Shown one piece after another: positions 52,061 to 63,850 of a DNA stretch of 64,000 nt. The notes beneath the pieces are model-generated. The model did not search any database and was not told the origin of the DNA. It worked only from the letters and a program-made list of their open reading frames with translations. The stretch covers positions 2,418,001 through 2,482,000 of the forward strand of contig CP075494.1 in NCBI GenBank assembly GCA_021613535.1. The letters are read 5' to 3'. Made by a program: the position numbers and the translations under genes. Position 1 is the first letter of the stretch. Each line of letters opens with the position of its first letter. Source of the DNA: Adineta vaga (Eukaryota > Animalia > Rotifera).

Positions 52061-52480
52061 CTAGCAATTTTTTCAGAGGCCTCAGTGATAAGTAATCCAT
52101 TCGAATATGTATCTACAGTGATGATGCTGTTCATGAAACTAAAAAAGAAAAATACTCGAATATGTGTAAAACTTTCATGAATGATAAACTGGCAAAATAC
52201 CTTTTTAATATTTCCATCCATTGATAATGCATGAAAACACGCGGCCTCCATCTTGGAAACGATGATGACACAATTTCACTGGTGTGGTTAAGAATCAAAA
52301 GACGGAGGATATGGATGAATCTTAAGCGGAATGAGCATCATAATGAATTTTCACTCATTGAACACTCTTCTATGTCCCGTCTTCTGGCCTCATGGTGACT
52401 TTCATCAAATCCATATCTATGATCACTCAAATTCACTTAATCTGATATCGATCGACATTCAACTTCATCCAAGTCTATAT

Positions 52481-52538
52481 TCACCCACCCATACCCTCAC
52501 CTAAATCACACCCACACCCACACCCACACCCACACCCA
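52481..52538 (-). repeat. Interstitial telomere-like tract (TGTGGG/TGAGGG)n
   Basis: Plus strand TCACCCACCCATACCCTCACCTAAATCACA(CCCACA)4CCCA; the same hexamers recur in short inverted pairs elsewhere (see findings). Confidence 0.7.
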
Positions 52539-52803
52539 TGAGAGAAAGTTTCTTTGAGACAATCTCCATTGATACAAAATACGAGAATTATTCTTTTTCG
52601 TTCTTTATTCTTTTTTACAAACGAGTGTTGAAGTTGATTTTCTTTTACAGTAAAAGAAAAGAAGAACGAGAATTGTTTTGCAATAATAATCATGCTGAGC
52701 AAATCTGAGAGCAAAGTAAAAAGTCTAATAATTATATCAGCTCTGCCAAATTTTTACTGCTGTTTTGTTCAGTAGCATGATTAATAATATTTAGGAGATT
52801 ACA

Positions 52804-55017
52804 ATGGATGAAAAAATCACAGTGACAAAAGATGACAGAATCGATAGTACAACGAAAGCAGAATCACAATCTACTATATCCATAAATGCAGTTACACGTC
52901 GACGGGCTAACGTCAAAATGTTCCAAAATGTCCTTCTGATCTCATTAGAAAAAAACATTGACGAAAGCAGCAGTGATTATCAATATATGATTAGTCAACT
53001 GCAGTGTATAATCGATGATCTGATTACATTTACTGATGACGAAGAGTGTCTTGAATATGTCAAAACTATGAACGATACCAAGGTTTGCATGATTATTCCA
53101 AGTTCTCTAGCACAAAGTAGTGCACCTCGTATGCATATGATGTCCCAAGTGTGCTCTATATTTATCTTTTGTAACAGTATACAAAGCTACGAACAATGGA
53201 TAAAAGATTGGCCCAAAATTAAAGGTATCTTCACCAGCATCACATCGCTTTATGAAGCTCTTAAACAGGTTGCTCGACAATGTGAACAGAATGCGATTTC
53301 AATCAGCATCGTATCCACCAGTGATGATATGACCAAGACCAATTTTGAGCAACTTGATTCGTCATTTATCTACACACAGATTCTCAAAGAAATAGTACTC
53401 ACAATTAAATTTGAAACACAGCATATTAATGACTTTATTGAATATTGCCGGAATCAGTTCAGTCGTACCAATAACAAAGCTCAATTAAAAAGCGTAACAG
53501 AACTAGAAGAAAAATATCGTGATAAAACACCCATATGGTGGTACACTAACCAATGTTTCTTGTATCCGATGTTGAATAGCGCTCTACGATTTATGGATCT
53601 TGAGTATCTCATTAAAATGAGTTTCTTTATCCGTGATTTACATCAACACATCGAACAACTCCACAAAGAGCAATTTGGTGATCATCATTCCAATGATATT
53701 TTTACAGTATACCGTGGTCAAGGATTAGGCAAAGAAGAATTGGAGAAGATCACAAAAGCCAAAAATGGACTCATTTCATTTAATAATTTTTTATCTACTA
53801 GTTACAAGCTAGACGTAGCAAACATGATGGCTGAGAGTAACCAAAATAATCCCGATTTAGTCGGAATTTTGTTTGCCATAACAATCGACCCTTCAAAGTC
53901 ATCGACTCCATTTGCATCAATCAAGCATGTCAGTCAGTTTCGAGAAGAAGATGAAGTACTTTTTTCAATGCATACAGTATTTCGAATTGGTAATATTACA
54001 TTCATCGCTGAAAATCTCTTCCAAGTAGATCTGACGCTGACCGATGACAGCAACAAAGATCTTCGTTTGCTTATGGATCGTATACGAGACGAGACTTATA
54101 CTGAAGAAACAGGTTGGTATCGCCTAGGCTCGCTATTACTGAAAATGGGTGAATCCGATCAGGCCGAACAAGTATATGAAACCCTTCTTTTACAGACGAC
54201 AAATGATATCGAAAACGGACGTATCTATCATCGGCTTGGATTAGTCAAATATAACCAAGGTAAGTATAGAGAAGCACTTAGACTCTATAAAAAAGCACTT
54301 GAAATTCGACAACAATCACTTCCTTCAAATCATCCTGATATGGCTAATACTTATAACAATATCGGTTTGGTATATAAGAATGTGTATGACTATGTGAGAG
54401 CACTCTCGTCTCATGAAAAAGCTCTTGAAATTCAACAACAATCACTTTCTGAGAATCACCCTCACATAGCTTCGTCATATGCTAACATTGGTAATGTGTA
54501 TTACAACATGCACAAATATAGGAAAGCACTTCCATATCACGAAAAAGCACTTGCCATTAAACAGCAATCACTCCCTTCTAATCATCCTGACTTGGGTTCT
54601 TCATATAGTGGTATCGGTAATGTGTATCACCATCTAGGCGCATATTTAAAAGCAATTTCGTTTCATGAAAAAGCACTTCAAATTCAAGAACAATCGCTTC
54701 CCCCAAATCATCCGGCTTTAGCTTCTTCCTACAACAACATCGGCAATGTTTATTGTGATATGGGCGAATATTTAAAAGCACTTTCGTTCTGTGAAAAAGC
54801 ACTTGCAATCAGACAACATTCATTATCTCCAAAACATCCGCATTTGGCTTCCTCTTACAGCAACATCGGTTCCATATATGAACACATGGGTGAATATTTG
54901 AAAGCTCGATCATTTTATGAACGGGCGATTGACTATGGAGAACGATCATTACTATCAAATCATCCTACGATGCAACAGAGACGAAAGAATCTTGACAGAG
55001 TAAGGAAGAAATTATAA
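52804..55017 (+). CDS. ADP-ribosyltransferase (R-S-E class) - TPR repeat protein with an N-terminal receiver-like domain
   Basis: 737 aa; VYRGQG...SFNNFLSTS...REEDEVLF; about six TPRs (HPxLASSYNNIG); paralogue of 29716..32295. Confidence 0.92.
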   Translation: MDEKITVTKDDRIDSTTKAESQSTISINAVTRRRANVKMFQNVLLISLEKNIDESSSDYQYMISQLQCIIDDLITFTDDEECLEYVKTMNDTKVCMIIPSSLAQSSAPRMHMMSQVCSIFIFCNSIQSYEQWIKDWPKIKGIFTSITSLYEALKQVARQCEQNAISISIVSTSDDMTKTNFEQLDSSFIYTQILKEIVLTIKFETQHINDFIEYCRNQFSRTNNKAQLKSVTELEEKYRDKTPIWWYTNQCFLYPMLNSALRFMDLEYLIKMSFFIRDLHQHIEQLHKEQFGDHHSNDIFTVYRGQGLGKEELEKITKAKNGLISFNNFLSTSYKLDVANMMAESNQNNPDLVGILFAITIDPSKSSTPFASIKHVSQFREEDEVLFSMHTVFRIGNITFIAENLFQVDLTLTDDSNKDLRLLMDRIRDETYTEETGWYRLGSLLLKMGESDQAEQVYETLLLQTTNDIENGRIYHRLGLVKYNQGKYREALRLYKKALEIRQQSLPSNHPDMANTYNNIGLVYKNVYDYVRALSSHEKALEIQQQSLSENHPHIASSYANIGNVYYNMHKYRKALPYHEKALAIKQQSLPSNHPDLGSSYSGIGNVYHHLGAYLKAISFHEKALQIQEQSLPPNHPALASSYNNIGNVYCDMGEYLKALSFCEKALAIRQHSLSPKHPHLASSYSNIGSIYEHMGEYLKARSFYERAIDYGERSLLSNHPTMQQRRKNLDRVRKKL

Positions 55018-55307
55018 TTCTATTTTATACGCGCGCGGAAAAACTATGGCAGGTGTTTATTGATAATAACTAAAATATGAAAAATACTGTGAACTTAAAT
55101 AAATAATGGAGTTAATGTGAATAAAATGTGCTTTAATGACATTCTATATTCTTTTAGAATTTCTACGAAATGTAGATCGCTTGTTAAGTTGGATAGAAAG
55201 AATTATAAATATATTCAATTCTATAAAAGGAAAGTAAGGAGAACTTCATGTAATACAGAAGATACATATTAAACAATAAATACTCCCTCGACTGAAAGGA
55301 GGATCAT

Positions 55308-55670
55308 ATGAAAAAAATTGTTTGTATGTATATTTGTGTCAGGGTCAAAGGCCAAAAAAAACATTTTCTACAAAATGATCGTAAACAGTAGAAATTAAGG
55401 GTGGGATGAGAAAATATTACTTTATCCTTCAGTACGAGCTAGTTACTTGTCTTCGTCTTCGATCTTTCTCTTCGCCATGTCGACGGTCTCAGATACAGAT
55501 ATTTGAGTGCGGTTGAATGGTATTACAAACTGATGAGGACTTACCCTTTCTCAACACAGATTATTGAGATACAATAAGTTGTTACTTGAATGTTACCTGT
55601 CTTAAAACAATTGATACGTAGTTAAAGAGAAGGGTATGTAAAACTGAATGCAATCATAGATGTGATTCCC
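55308..55670. repeat. Dispersed repeat, copy 2 (homologous to 32601..~32980, same orientation)
   Basis: Same colinear blocks as listed for copy 1. Confidence 0.75.
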
Positions 55671-56567
55671 ACGACGAGTGTTGTTTATAATATTGAAAAA
55701 AAGAAAGACAATTGAGTTGAAAGATTTTAGATAAATTATGCAGAGAAATTAGAGAATAGAGCATAGGTACATAGCTAATGGCATTTTTCATTGTTTTTAT
55801 ATCATTTTGTGAGTAGAAAAACGCTGATTTAAAATAAAAAAGATCAGAGAAAATTTACTCAAAGAGAAACAAGAAACATAAATCATAGTCATATGGATAC
55901 TTGTTTCATTTCATGAAGGGATATTTTGTAACGAATTAATTTTTCTTTTATCGATTTCAATATTCAAATCGATGGATCAACAAGTTACAATAATATCGAA
56001 TCAATTAAAACTCATATAAGACAATTTTTACTTCTGATCTGAGTATCGATGAACAGACAAAATAAATCAACATTTTCATCGTTTATAAATATCGTACATA
56101 TATATTCTTTTATTTTACGAAATTTAAAACATTTGATAATCGTTCAACAAACAATATATTAGCGAAAAATACCATGGAAAAGAATCTTAATTAGCCAATT
56201 CATTGATACAAAAGCATCTAAAGCACTTTCTCATCGTGTCCATAGAGAACCAATATATTTTCGCGATTTTCCTTCCATTTGTGTTCTTTTGTCTCTTGAT
56301 TCCATTCTGATCTGATTGAAAAAAGGATCTTTCTATTTGATAAAAATATTAATCGCTATTTTGGAAGCTTTATCATTGACAGACTTTATTAAGTGACTTG
56401 ATAAAAATTTCATATTCATTAATCACTTATATTAAACATGTCTGAAATTCTTTCATACCTTTATATATTAATCAAACATTTGTCTGTCAACATAGTAAAA
56501 CGATCACTCATTCAATAAAAGATCAAGGTAGGAAAAGCGGATTCTGTTGGACGCTATCGGTTCCTAT

Positions 56568-57483
56568 CAGTGTTGGGATCGGTTCGTGTTTCTGCAAAAT
56601 CAAACCAAACCGAATGAAAAAAGTTGAGAACCAAACCGAACCGCACCGAACCGAAATAATTGCTTCTCCCAAATACTAAAAGTTTCTTTTTTAACTTGCG
56701 ACTAACAGAACAATATAAAAAATATCCATGTTTTAAAATCTTTTTGAGCTCTTTTTTCGGAACCTTTTGGATCTTTTTCATAGCCAAGTTTGAAAAATAA
56801 TTGGATTTTGAGGTTAAAATGTGTTTGAAATTCAAAACTAGGATCATAACTTCCGGTAGAAAGTTTGAACGAAACTGAAAATTTGGATATTTAAATTATT
56901 CAAAACTCATAGGACACATTAGTAGTTACCTCCAAAATTTTTTAGCTTTGGTAACATTAGAGGCCTTCATAAATTTCCAATATGAAAGGAGATTACAAAA
57001 TTCTACGCGATAAAGAATTATAAGTGATCCTTTGAAAAATGATTCTATTGTTCATTTCCCTATCGATAGTGATAAATCAAAAATTAACTCCACTTAGGTA
57101 ACTAATTCGACCGCTAAATAATTTGAATTCTTTTTAAAATTTTACAATAAGAGAAATCTTTATAAAGAAGCAAAGAGAAAATAATAACAATTACATATTT
57201 CAATCCTCAAATCTTTGTAAAGAAAACATAAAAACATTGTTAATTTTTCACTTTTACATCGTTTGTAATTGAATAACGAGACATTCCAATTAGACGAGTA
57301 TCATTCTTTCAACTTCGCAGACGACATCTTTTTTGTTTTGACTGTATGTTTCTCTGCTGCTCTTATTAATCAATGTCAACAAAAAATGTGTTCACTTTAC
57401 TTTTGCAAATGCTTGGAACCGAACCGAATCGAATTAAAACAAATTTTCCTGGATCGGGCCGACTCGAACCGATCCCATCACTG
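56568..57483. mobile_element. Non-autonomous hAT-type MITE (916 bp)
   Basis: TIRs CAGTGTTGGGATCGGTTCG / CGAACCGATCCCATCACTG (18/19); 8-bp TSD GTTCCTAT (56560-56567) / GTTCCTGT (57484-57491); subterminal AACCG repeats at both ends. Confidence 0.88.
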
Positions 57484-59076
57484 GTTCCTGTTAGATCCTA
57501 GGATATGTCTTTCCGCTTTATAGAAGGGTGTAGGTAAAGATAACTGAGGAAGATAATACTCAATACCTATACCTTTCTTTCAGAAAAAGATATAATGGAA
57601 AGCGTAACTCTGCTGCATATATGTTTTAATACCGATAAGCTGAATATCGAAACACAAAGAATATTCACTCTGATACCTGGTGTAATGGGATTATGATATT
57701 CTTCCATTAAGGTATTTTTTCATTCTTTGTATACTCTTCTCCAGTATACAAGGGAACTTAGAGAGTATGTACCTATTGAGAGAAGTACAGGTGAGAAGAG
57801 AAGATTCGAAAACTTAATGTCAATAATATTGTTAACATTCGGGGATAGTATGGCAACAAATATTTGTTTCATCTGCAATGTACTTTTATTCGTAGGTAAA
57901 CTGATACTGAAATAGGAGAAGGATAATTGTGTGATTCAATGTTTGAATGAATGATTACAAATCACGAATAAGAGAATATTTGTTTAACACTTATTTCAAT
58001 TTCCAACATGAAAGAAAAGTTAATTCGTCTCAATATAATTAATCATTGTTGCAATTAATAGAATAAATCTACTCGTAAATAACAAAATACCAATAGTTTA
58101 CATAATTGAACTACTGAACAGTTATATTAATTGATTTTTATAAAAAAATTGATCAAATCCATGAGTCTAAAGATCTCTGTTCGAGTTGTAAAACTGAGAT
58201 TTTTTTTAATACAAAGTATTTCATTATTTTCATATAACCATTTCGATATATAATCTTTTCTGTTTTTTATTTAAAGGAAAGAATAAAAAGTATCTGGCGA
58301 AGTTTACTTCTTCTAAACATTCCTTTGGGAGCAAAAGAATGAAATTACAATCCTTCTCTATTAATGCGCGTATATTGATGAAAAAAAGTACATTTGAGAT
58401 AAAACAGATTTAGAAATAAATATATGAGTAAATATTAGATGAAATAAATATCTGACTAGAAAAATAGCACAACAAATATATGAATGCGGAATATAAATTC
58501 AGAATTTTTTATGAAGAAAAAAATAAAGTAGCTAAGTTCATTGGTGCGTAGTATATGACATTGAGAATATAATTCATCAAAACTTTTGGATTATCCGTTA
58601 AGATGTTTTAACATTTCTAGAACTTTAGTTTTATTCCTTGATTTTTAAACGCTTGAAACATTTTATTTAGGTATACGTAAGTATATAACGTGTGACAGCG
58701 TTTAGAGCAACAGGTACAAGTCTAACGAGGGAATTAAGACCGGTAGATAAATGATATATCCGTTCACCTACTTATTTATCTTGAGTATACACTTCTGTAG
58801 CATTTCCAATGAGCTTTTCCATAACTAACAAACGAATCCTTCGATGTTTTTCAAATAAAATTCAACTTTCTTAATTCTTACCTATTGTAATCTGTGAAAT
58901 AAATCTAATTTAATTAATTTCTATATGAGATTATAACTTTTCATATGTATCTTCTATGACTATACGACGTGATTATCCATTTAGTTCGTATTTTGCTCAC
59001 TATTTATGTTTTTTCTTTCAGCCTGGTGAATTTTCGATTTCGAACTACATTGCTATAATAAACCTTATTCATTTCA

Positions 59077-62000
59077 ATGGAAACAACTATTGTTTCACGT
59101 CTACTATCGAAATTAAACGAAGAATATTCTCAACAGCAGCCATTAGGCAGTTACATCTCCCAAGAACTTCAATTCGCATCACTATTACAACTTCTACCTG
59201 GAGGAGAGGACGAGAATCGTCCAGCAATCTATTCTACTGTTTTGTCTATTCTTTATACGCACAAGAACATTAAAGATTTCGTTATAAATCAATTTAACTT
59301 GAACGAATTCAATATTCAATGCAATGATCGTGTCGGTATTCTTCTACCGAATGGCACAGAACTTGGCCTCTGTCTTCTGGCTACCTGTTGTTATTGTACT
59401 TGTGTACCGATGAATTCCTCAAGTACAATCGATGAAATTAAACATGATATCGAACTACTGAAAATTAAAGCTCTTATTGTTGACATAGATCTTGTCAACA
59501 TCGAACAACTGAAATCAATGGCGTTGGTACTGAAATTAAAGAAAACGAAAGAAACATTGAAATTGGAATCGGTGTCGGATACAGGTATAGCAGCTACCCG
59601 TGTGTCCAAAAAGTATTTAGTGGTCCACAAGATATTTGCCTTCTTCTACAAACGTCAGGTACAACTGGTCAGAAAAAAACTGTTCCATACAATCTGAAAT
59701 CATTAATGATTGGCACTCTCTGTGTTGCATTTTCGTGGCGGTTGACTCCGATAGATTGTAATCTGAATATGATGCCTCTATTTCATGTTGGAGGCATTGT
59801 ACGCAATCTACTAGCACCGTTACTAACCGGTGGGAGTGTTATTCTTTGTAGTGCATTTGATCCAAATTTATTTTGGGATATCTTACAAATACCCGAATGT
59901 CCAGTAACATGGTACTATGCAGTACCGACAATGCATTCTGCTATACTACAAACAAAAGAAAGTAGACAAGCATCTGGAAACGACACTGAAACTGTTCTAC
60001 GTATGATTTGTAATGCAGGTGGTGGTCTTCTTCCATCAATGGCACAACAACTACAGCGGGCATTCAAAACTGTTATTCTTCCATGTTATGGTATGACTGA
60101 ATGTATGCCTATTTCATGTCCATCTCTTGACTATCAATTAAATCGACGTGGTACTTCGGGAACTGCCTGCGGTCCAGAAATACAGATCTTTGACGACAAT
60201 AAAGAGCAATTAACACAGTCAAATAAAATTGGTCGGATTTTTGTTCGTGGTCCACCGTTATTCGATGGTTATGAGAATGTACCATGGTCTTCAACATTCA
60301 CAGAAGACGGCTGGTTCGATACTGGTGACATGGGATACCTAGATGACGATAAATTTCTCTACATTACTGGACGTTCGAAGGAGGTGATAAATCGAGGTGG
60401 TGAAATCATATCACCAGCTGAAATCGAAGAAATCGCTATCCAAAATCCTCGTATTCGTCAAGCAATGGTATTCGCAGTTAAACACGATGTTCTACAAGAA
60501 ACCATCGGTATTGTCCTGGTTCCACATAAACCTGAGTCACGTATTGGTTTAATTGAACTCCAGAGATTTCTAGGCAACTCACTACATCCATCAAAATGGC
60601 CACAACTGATTGTATATATGAACGATTTACCAAAGAATCGAGTGAATAAACCAATACGCATCGGTCTAGCAGAACGGCTACAATTGAAAGAACTGAAAGA
60701 TTCAGATTCAATAGACAGTCGTCTCTATGAAGCAACGGCACCACCAATGACAGCACCTAACAATTCATTAATTTCTTGTCAACAAGTTTCGTTTGACACC
60801 GAACACATCTACATGGTTTTGAATTCACATCCGTTGATTGTCGACTTTGAATTAGTAATGTCAATTGCCTATGTCGTAACCACAGAATTGCTGAACAAAG
60901 AAGCAATTTGGGATTATTTAGATACATGCTTACATGATTATCTTCGTCCAAAAGACATAATTATCTTAGAGCAAATTCCGAGAGACAATAACAATAATGT
61001 TATTCTAGAATTGCTCCCATCAAATAAGTCATCAGTAGATAAGCAACAGTCGAAAAGTCCAGTAGAAATTGCTTTAATAAAAATATTTTGTGAGATTTTG
61101 GATTTAAATGACGGTACACAAGCTTCATTGAATTCAGAAACAGATTTTTTTCAAGTCGGTGGTAATTCATTGAAAGCTGGAAATCTATTCAATAGAATCC
61201 GTAAAGAATTCGGTGTAACCATACCAATAATGAAAATTTATGTACACAGAACAATTGGATCACTTTGTGCGCTGCTTGAAGAACAAAAACCAAATATTAC
61301 TACACAGCTGACGAATCAACAGCAAGATCAGAGTAAGTTAACTTTAGATCATACTGTAAATGATCCTCGTATCAATGCAACCCGTGCTGATGTCTATAAA
61401 TTGAGTGTTGAAGTGAAGTCCAAAAGTCAAACAAGTTTCTTTGCACTATTCGTTCAGTCACTGTCATTACTTTTATTAAAACCGATATACATAGCTTTGC
61501 ACTGGTATTCGTTTGTTGTCATTCTAATCCTGCTGAGAACATATTGGAAAGAAGCTGAACAATGGAAACAGATACTTGCGTTGATATTTGCAATACTGTC
61601 AGCACGGTCACTATTGAATTTAACTGTGCTGCCTGTAATTTGTTTATTGGTGAAGTGGATTGTCATTGGAAAGTATCGACGTGGACATTATCCACTTTGG
61701 GGACATTATTATCTTCGATGGTGGTTTGTCAATCAAACAATTCGAATCTTTGGATTCGGTGTATTTGAATGGAATGATAGATTCCGCATTTTCTTTCTAA
61801 AACTAATGGGTGCCAAGATTGGTAAACAGGTGACGATTGATCCAAAGGCAGAGATTAGAGAATTTGATCTTATTACAATAAAATCGAATGTCAAGATCCA
61901 ACGATGTGTAATTAGTCCATTTACACTCAGTACTGGTTATATGGTACTAGCACCCATTCAAATTGGTAATAATTGTTCTATTGGATTAAACACACGACTT

Positions 62001-63850
62001 TCTCCAGGTGCAACTCTACCAGATGATATACAGCTTGGACCACTGTCATCTTCACACGAAATGAATATTACAACTGACACCAAACAAGGATCACTGTCGC
62101 CTACACCAACGTCTCTAAACTTTGTCTTAAAATTTCTGTTCGGCTGGCCAATAGTACTAGTCGTTACCATCCAATCGTATATTCCGTGGATTGGTTCAAT
62201 CTATCTTTTATCCGATCAAATATCTTCTCCTTCAGGACCCAATGGTTTTATATCAACTGTTTACTTTTTTGCAGACGGTAAACGTGTGGCATTTCATTTA
62301 CTGGCAGTATTAGCCCGTGATATCTTGCGTCTATTTCTTTATGTAGCCGGCTGTATTCTCGTCAAACGCTTCATTATTGGTAAATTTATAGAACAGAAAC
62401 AAGAAGAACGCGAATCTACACTTAAAGCTAAGATTAGACACCAAATTCATCTTTTAAAACATTGGTTAATGAAAGAACTGTTACCCGGCGGTGATTTAAA
62501 TGGTCTTTCTCATTTAATAGGTACACACTATGAATTGATTAGTATTATCTATCGTCTGCTCGGTGCTCGCATTGGAAAACTATCTACTGGCCTGGATCCG
62601 GTTTAAATACCTACGAATACGATCTTCTAACTATTGAAGACGATGTTATTTTTGGTTCACGCTCCTACTTCGCATGTTCAAATAGTGATAAGACACGCAG
62701 TAATAAAATTACTATTAAAAGTGGCTCGATGATTGCGGATCGATGTGTTCTATTGCCTGGTGTTACTGTCGAGAGAAATACAATTATGGGTAGTGGCAGT
62801 CTAGGAAAGGAAAACACGACCTATCCAGCTGGTTCAATATGGATTGGATCGAAGGAGGGCAATGCAGTACTATGGAGTCATGGTGAAGAACAAGAGTCAA
62901 CAATGAAAACAGAAACGATAACACCATTTGGCAAGGCATTCTACAAGCACGTAAAAACTGGTTTTTGGGTTATGCCACTGTGGTTACATGTCATTTATAA
63001 TTTGAGTCTGAATATCTTTCGAACGATTATTTGGTCCTCACCAATTATCGTCAGTATTCAACTGATCGCCCGTATTTTGAGACACATATCAGAATCATCG
63101 ACGCATACAATTGTTGAAATCGGTGTATACACATTCTTTCTACTTATTATTTTGCTTTCGTTTTTCTATGCAACAGTTGCATTAATAACAATAGTCACTG
63201 AGATTCTGTTCAAATGGTTACTATTTGGTCGACGTCAATCAGGTGAATATAATTGGGATCAATCATCCTACTGTCAGCGATGGCAGTTGTACATTGGAAT
63301 TCAACGTCTTCGACAAAATGTTTTAGAGCACTTCTGCGGCTCAGCCTATCTTTGTATCTATTATCGTAGTTTAGGCTCTCATATTGGTCGTAATGTTTGT
63401 CTCTATCCAACTGGTGGTGATCCAATGATGACTGAACCAGATCTAGTAACGATAGGCGATGACACCTGTGTCGATGATGCATCGATCATTTGTCATTTGA
63501 ATTCAAAAGGACGGTTTACCTTGAATCCTTTAGTTATTGGTAACCGATGTGTTCTAAGATCACAAAGTCGTCTGATGTCCGGTGCAAGTATGGAAGATGA
63601 TTCCACTCTGTTGGAACATACATTGATTATCAGTGGTGATGCAACAGACGAAGGAACAATATGGCAAGGATGGCCAGCGACAGATGTGACGAAAAAATTT
63701 CGTGGAAAACGAGTTTCTATGCAGATCGAGTATCGTCGTTCGATACGACGTCGTGACAGTGTTCTACATCATCAAGTTGCAAAAAATGATCCTTCAGCAA
63801 TAGTGATAACATTAGTCCCCGACGAAAATATTCAGAAAACTCAACTGTAA
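59077..63850 (+). CDS. NRPS-like synthetase of Pls (poly-amino-acid synthetase) architecture: adenylation - carrier (T) - three LbH/TM modules; two single-base frameshifts (pseudogene or assembly error)
   Basis: A-domain motifs LLQTSGTTG (frame of ORF 59706, open from 59484), PLFHVGG, YGMTE, WFDTGDMG, ITGRSKEVINRGGE, LPKNRVNK; T domain DFFQVGGNSL; repeats YPLWGHYYLRWW...LMGAKIG, YRLLGARIGK(fs)IYWPGSG, YRSLGSHIGRNVCL with hexapeptide repeats and TM pairs. Frameshifts between 59484-~59620 and at ~62580; about 1590 aa if repaired; coding region intronless. Confidence 0.88.

Noticed and set aside
59484-62580. Programmed ribosomal frameshifting in the NRPS-like gene
   Set aside because: No clear slippery heptamer plus downstream structure; the second shift is best explained by loss of one base in a conserved codon (mutation or assembly error).
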